Position numbers and translations under genes: made by a program. From assembly GCA_963808235.1 (NCBI GenBank), contig CAWEEQ010000004.1:320001-384000 (forward strand): 64,000 bases of DNA. Reading direction: 5' to 3'. This document shows positions 59,056-64,000 of this stretch, in pieces (within the stretch, counting starts at the first letter, position 1; each line of letters starts with the position of its first letter). This stretch comes from an uncultured delta proteobacterium. Its GTDB lineage: Bacteria > Desulfobacterota > Binatia > Binatales > Binataceae. The notes beneath the pieces were generated by a model, which was not told where the DNA came from, searched no databases, and saw nothing but the letters and a program-made list of their open reading frames with translations.

Positions 59056-59575
59056 GGGCGCCCGCCCGTTCTCACCGCTCGCCACAAATCATGACGCCCC
59101 GGCCGCGCGTCCGCGCGCCGGCCCCACCTCCTGAAAAGACTAGTGGCACGGGCGTCCCTGCCCGTGGATGAAGGCGACTCAGTCGCCCTCCGCCTCCAGG
59201 ACGTAGCGTTCTTCCGATGAAGCGCGTTCTTTTTTTGTGTCATTCTGAGCGCAGCGAAGAAACCCGAATCTTTCTCGGCGCAAACGACTTCGACTTCACT
59301 TGGGGCACGCGAAGCCGAACTGCTCCGAATTCACATCTCCTGGTCGCAGAGAACTGTGCGCAACCAGACCGACCCGACGCCCCTAATAGCCTCTCCCTAA
59401 CAGGGAGAGGCCGACGCTCGTCTTCGAGCGGCGGGTGAGGGTCCGCATCCCAAATTCCGCACACAACCCAAGCCGAGACTCCATGTTCAAGGAGCGGGAA
59501 TCGGCGCCCGCCGCGCTCATGCCTCTCCCTTCGGGAGAGGTCGCGCGCGACACGCTTGTCGCGCGCGGGTGAGGG
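59010..59575 (+). repeat. Cluster of REP-like palindromes
   Basis: Family A at 59010-59058, 59390-59441 and 59522-59575; family B at 59141-59166; family C (GTCATTCTGAGCGCAGCGAAGAA) at ~59239-59285. Confidence 0.8.
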
Positions 59576-59628
59576 CGCCTGCGTCGAGCGGAATGTGCGC
59601 GTAGGCTAAGTCTGACTCACTCAAAAAA

Positions 59629-60507
59629 TCACCCCTTCAAAAACTTCAAGATCATCTCATTCACCAACTCCGCCCGCTCCCGATGCACAAAATGCCCGGC
59701 CCCCTTCACCACCTCGATCCTCAACCCCTTAGGAAACAACTTCTCCATCCCCTCGAGCGTCTCCGCCCCGATACATCCGTCATCGCGCCCATGAATCATC
59801 ATCGCAGGCACATTGATCGGCGGCGACGCCATCGATGCCATCTGCTTCGCATCAACCGGCATCTTGAATGCGGCTCCGAGCGTCGCCCGATAATATCCGA
59901 GCGCCGCTTCGAGCGTGCCCTTGGCGCGAAAACATTTCTTCAACTCTTCCATATCCTCGGATGCCCACTTCCACCCGGGCGACCAGTCGGCCCACAACTT
60001 CTCGAGAAACGCGAAGTCGTTGGATGCGACCGCGGCGTCGGCGATCGCAGTCTGAAAAAAGAACATGTACCAGGAGCGCCGCTGCTGCGCGTAGTTGATT
60101 ACCAGCGCCTCGAAAAATTTCGCCCCATACGGAACCGCAGCGGTGACCAGCTTGATGACCCGATCCGGCGCCGCCGCCGCGCCGTAAGCCGCGACCGCCC
60201 CCCAATCATGTCCAAACAAGATCGCGTCCTTGTATCCGAGTGCCGCAATCAGCCCGAGCGCATCCTCGGACAACACTGCGGAATCATACCGCCCGTCCGG
60301 CGCCCCCTCAGTCGGCGCGTACCCCCGCATGAACGGCGCCACCACATGATATCCCGCCCCTGCAAGCGCCGGCATCTGATACCGAAACGAATGCGCCGTA
60401 TCCGGAAACCCATGCAGGCACAAAACCAACGGCCCCTCCCCCATCTCCAGCACCGTGAAGTTGAGATTAGATGCCCGCACCACCCGACTAGTCACTTGTG
60501 ATCCCAT
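59629..60507 (-). CDS. Alpha/beta hydrolase (epoxide hydrolase-like)
   Basis: LHGFP, MRGY, GHDWG nucleophile Asp, SWY, YYRA, AGHFVH.E. Confidence 0.92.
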   Translation of the reverse strand: MGSQVTSRVVRASNLNFTVLEMGEGPLVLCLHGFPDTAHSFRYQMPALAGAGYHVVAPFMRGYAPTEGAPDGRYDSAVLSEDALGLIAALGYKDAILFGHDWGAVAAYGAAAAPDRVIKLVTAAVPYGAKFFEALVINYAQQRRSWYMFFFQTAIADAAVASNDFAFLEKLWADWSPGWKWASEDMEELKKCFRAKGTLEAALGYYRATLGAAFKMPVDAKQMASMASPPINVPAMMIHGRDDGCIGAETLEGMEKLFPKGLRIEVVKGAGHFVHRERAELVNEMILKFLKG

Positions 60508-60564
60508 AATGCCCAACGCATACCCCACCCCCCGCCCAATCACAAAGCCCGAATTCCGAATTTG

Positions 60565-60983
60565 CCTCGCCCTGACAGGGAGAGGCCGACGCGCAGCGTC
60601 GGGTGAGGGTCCAACTTCCAAATTCCGCGCAGCTCCATTCTTTGTGTCGTCCCGAGCGCAGTAAAATGCTCGGAGCCTGCCCTGAGTATTCCCGAAGGGC
60701 GAAGCGATGTTCCTTTGGTTTCTATCTGTCATCCCGACCGAAGTGGAGCGACCCGGAACCGTCCCCTCTGAACCTCGAACTCTTAATCTTTTAAGGGAGC
60801 GAAACCCACCATGGATTTCGCGCTTCCCCGGTGAATGCGATGCGGGCGGCCTCTACCATGAACTTGCGCTTCGAACGATTCAGCGCGCGCGCCTTTTTTT
60901 CGTGTCTCCCTGAGCGAAGCCAGGAATCCCGGATTCGCCTCTACCGCTTTGTTGCGGGAGAGGCGCCGCGCCACCGGTGAGGG
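60565..60983 (+). repeat. Second cluster of REP-like palindromes
   Basis: Family A at 60565-60609 and 60938-60983; family C-like TGTCGTCCCGAGCGCAG (~60645), TGTCATCCCGACCGAAGTGGAG (~60727), CTGAGCGAAGC (~60910). Confidence 0.7.
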
Positions 60984-61054
60984 TGTTCTTCCATGGGAGA
61001 GGATGCCGGCCGCTTGGCGTCCGTAGCTGAAGGTGCAGCCGGCATTCTCTCAGG

Positions 61055-61525
61055 TTAGGCCTTCGGTCGACTTAGGTCCTCTGTCCAGACCTGACACATA
61101 GAATCCACCGCAGGTCGAAAGAAAAGCTTAACGATTAGGACCGCGACTACCGCAGCGATTGCAGGTGCAAGTCCGAGGTAGGCGACCAATAAAGCAGCAA
61201 TCGCGGAACCTACGTCTTCCTTACCGAGTTTGAACGCGGCGACTACTTTCTGCCGTTCAGCGGTATTTTTAGTGTCGTCGCCGCAGACAAGATCGTGGCA
61301 TTGCTTGTTGATGCGGCCGAAGAAGAGCTTACCAAAGCGGCGTAAATCGTCCATAGGACCCATCAATGGTGCGTCGTAGAGAAGGTCCGGGGCAAATGAA
61401 CCCGCAATCATCGGGTCCGCAGAGATTCCTCTGCTCCTAATCCCCAACTGCTCGTAAAGCTGATCAGCGTCCGATTGAAAAAGAGAAGTGACGGCAGGTC
61501 TGGCCAATTCGTGTAGTTCCGCCAT
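61055..61525 (-). CDS. Hypothetical protein with C-terminal hydrophobic hairpin
   Basis: AGGAGG RBS at the CHAT stop; VGSAIAALLVAYLGLAPAIAAVVAVLIVKLFF. Confidence 0.8.
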   Translation of the reverse strand: MAELHELARPAVTSLFQSDADQLYEQLGIRSRGISADPMIAGSFAPDLLYDAPLMGPMDDLRRFGKLFFGRINKQCHDLVCGDDTKNTAERQKVVAAFKLGKEDVGSAIAALLVAYLGLAPAIAAVVAVLIVKLFFRPAVDSMCQVWTEDLSRPKA

Positions 61526-61538
61526 GGTGAATTTCCTC

Positions 61539-64000
61539 CTAGAGATCAGTATCGGATCGCATCTTTTCCAAAATCTCTTCTGATTTAATCGGAGCTGGAT
61601 TCAACCGAGTGGTAGACGAACCAAATAGAGTATACGCTAGGCCCAGCGCATTGCCCTTTTTCATGAAATCCAGCCTGGTCTCCAGAATCGCTTCGCCGGC
61701 TTCCGCCCCGAGAGTCCACTTCCAGAGAAACTCTTTCGCGAAATGATGACCAAACAGAGAACGGGTGGAACATTCTGTTCCAACTACAGTGGACGCGCCG
61801 CGATTGATAAAAAAATGAATAAAGCTCTCGGCGAGAGATGGCGTTACCTGAGCTGATTCACACATGTTCAGGAACACCAACGGCTTATTGTGCAACTCGA
61901 TACTGTCGCCTAAGCGATAGAGCTCCCCTAGCAGCAGCATTCCGTTGGTCAGTTTGATCCATGAGTCATCGGAAACGTACTGCTTCTTGGAAATTTCCTC
62001 GACAGTATCGCTCCAACTTTTCTTCAGAAGCGAATCTGCTGGCAGATCTTGGAAAAGCTTGACAAAGTCTTCCTCAGTGACACCGAAGCGCGCAGCATTT
62101 GGTACCTTTGTGTGGCCGTGCGCGAAAAAATGAATCAAATGCCCGTTTCCTGACTGCAGGTATTTGAACGCGTCGGTTTTGTCATTGATCACGTTAGGCT
62201 GTGCTATCGAATCCGGACATAACTCAGCCAGACGTTGCAGTAGGTGCCTTTGCTTTCCGGACTCAGAAAACTGCCATAGTAGCAGCGTGGCTTGAAAGGG
62301 TTCGTCCTTATTCAGCGGCTCATCGACGGCGGTCGCTCTATTGCCCGGAATGCGCTGCTCAACGACATATCGTAGTCCCCAAAGTCGGCTGTAGTCAGGC
62401 TCAGAAGGATCTCCGTCATAGAGGAAATTCCAGGGAAGTACAAATTCAGGAGCGGATCCATGCGTGAGAGACTTGAATAATCGCACCGTGTGCGAGCGGA
62501 TGTTTTTTGAGCCATTCGCCAATTTTGTACAAGGATCCGGTAACGTCGTAATTGAAAATTTTGGTCCACAGATCGCTGCCTAGTTTGATAAGTTCTTGCG
62601 TACCTTGTGTAAATTTGTAGAAATCCGAACATTCCACACCGCTGTCGTAGCAAGGCCACAACGTAATCTCGAGCAACGTCTTACGTACCGCCAGGAGTCT
62701 GTCTTCCAAGTCATCTTTAGGAATCTGGACAAAACCAGTCAACGCCAGAAGGCGACCCTCTTCATTCGCATCACCGCTTTTGTCTTTCCGCAGAGTGAAG
62801 GTCAGTCTGTAACCTTGGTCGGTATGCGTTATGTCAACGTGCATGCTCGTGGCTTCACAACTTCGAGATCCTCAAAGGACTGTTCGACGCGCCCCTGCGA
62901 AAGATGCACGGCATCTGGCAGGTTGAGGTGTGAACGCTCGTCGGATTCATAAGGTCCTACGGCTTCAGCCCTGATCTCCATCACTTCGAGCAGGTTGAAC
63001 TCGTAGTAGAGCCGTACTCGCATTGACAGAAGATCTTGTGCCGCGAAAGTCGACCTCATTGGCTCAATATCAGCGAAGACGGCGTTTTGCTTCGGACTTG
63101 TACCTCCAGAAACCGGCAGGACCAGCTTCTGCACAGGATTGAGGATTTTGAAATCGCCAGGGTGTGCTTCTATTGTAACCAGGATGTCAACAGGGCCGGC
63201 TTGCTTCGGTTCGCGGATGGGTCTGTGCTTCTCTTCCGTCTTCAAGCCTTCGGGCCTGTGGCCTACAGAAACCTCCAGTTGGTACTTCTTGCTGACACGT
63301 AAAGGATTCTTTTGGTTGAGTTCCTTTCCGCGAACCCCCATGTCGCTCTGCAAGTAAAAGATAAAGTTTGCGTAGCGCGAAGGAGGAGGCTCTTTAGGTG
63401 GTTGAAAATCGGTCGCCGCCTGGTCGTCGGCATCCGACTGACTGCGCGTTTCTGACGAGGTGGCCCCAGGTGCCGCTTCCGCGGCTTCGTCGCCGAACTT
63501 AGCCGCCACTTCCGAGCCGCCTTCCTCGCCAATCTCAGCTGCCCTCACGCCGCCCACGCCGGCAACCGATACGTATTCCAGTTTGTCCTTCATTTGGCGG
63601 AAGCGAGTGTACAACTTCGAAGCGGAAGCTTTGTCGTTTTCAAGTAGCGGCGATTCCGCGCGAGCACCCTCTATCCCAATTTCTGGGAAGAGGCGCTGAT
63701 GCCATTGAAAAGTGTTCCCAAGTATTCGTTCCGTGTGCTCTGGAGCAAAGTCGTGGAACTCCACGAAAATCTCATTCCCCAAGGAAATGAAGTCGAACGT
63801 ATTCCTTGCGGTCTCAAGCCTATTGAGCAAATTGAGAGTCTCGACGAATTGCTCCCAATTCCGCCGGGTCGTGGACCGCTGAATCTGCTCAATGTTCTCG
63901 GAAAGTTTATCTAGTCCGGAATAAACAGTCTGAATGATCAGGCGATCGCGCAAGCGTCGAGAAGGACGCCGAGATAGCCAATCAATCGCTGTGTAACCAA
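61539..64000 (-). CDS. CHAT (caspase-like) domain protein, 5'-truncated, with two frameshifts (~62845 and ~62465)
   Basis: Three consecutive overlapping ORFs; LPW..LYD, WGLRY.VE, HFFAHG (His), VFLNMCES (Cys), GASTVVGT, NALGLAY; frame open to the window edge. Confidence 0.8.

Noticed and set aside
57624-59171. 515-aa Arg-rich alternative-frame ORF
   Set aside because: Overlaps the GT-C gene on the same strand; composition typical of an off-frame read
59010-60983. Possible CRISPR array
   Set aside because: Repeats are heterogeneous and irregularly spaced, with no constant-length spacers and no cas genes
62446-62850. Programmed ribosomal frameshifting in the CHAT gene
   Set aside because: No slippery heptamer or stimulatory structure seen; similar indels elsewhere point to sequencing error or decay

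Overview
GC-rich bacterial chromosomal window with about 65 protein-coding genes and four tRNAs. The gene mix (DUF1329, LLM oxidoreductase, P450s, crotonases, amidohydrolase, GSTs, VOC proteins) suggests a soil organism such as Candidatus Binatia; that taxonomy is inference only. Most genes are catabolic or detoxification enzymes. There are also two envelope-modification clusters (18.1-22.9 kb and 41.2-46.4 kb), a split chromate transporter, a cytoplasmic kinase/receiver pair, a Pro-Arg-His-Lys tRNA cluster, at least three REP-like palindrome families concentrated at 59-61 kb, and an AT-richer segment at the right edge. The best leads are: (1) a ~116-nt minus-strand sRNA candidate at 47176-47291 with a sigma54 promoter, upstream palindromes, C-rich motifs and an intrinsic terminator; (2) a CHAT (caspase-like) protease followed by a small hydrophobic-hairpin protein, a candidate protease-gated effector module; (3) a Rieske oxygenase with reversed domain order; (4) strand-specific C>G skew flanking the REP cluster; (5) two alkaline-phosphatase-superfamily paralogues sharing an altered metal site. 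Several single-base frameshifts look like long-read errors, so the disrupted genes may be intact. All calls come from motif recognition by eye; no database searches were run.
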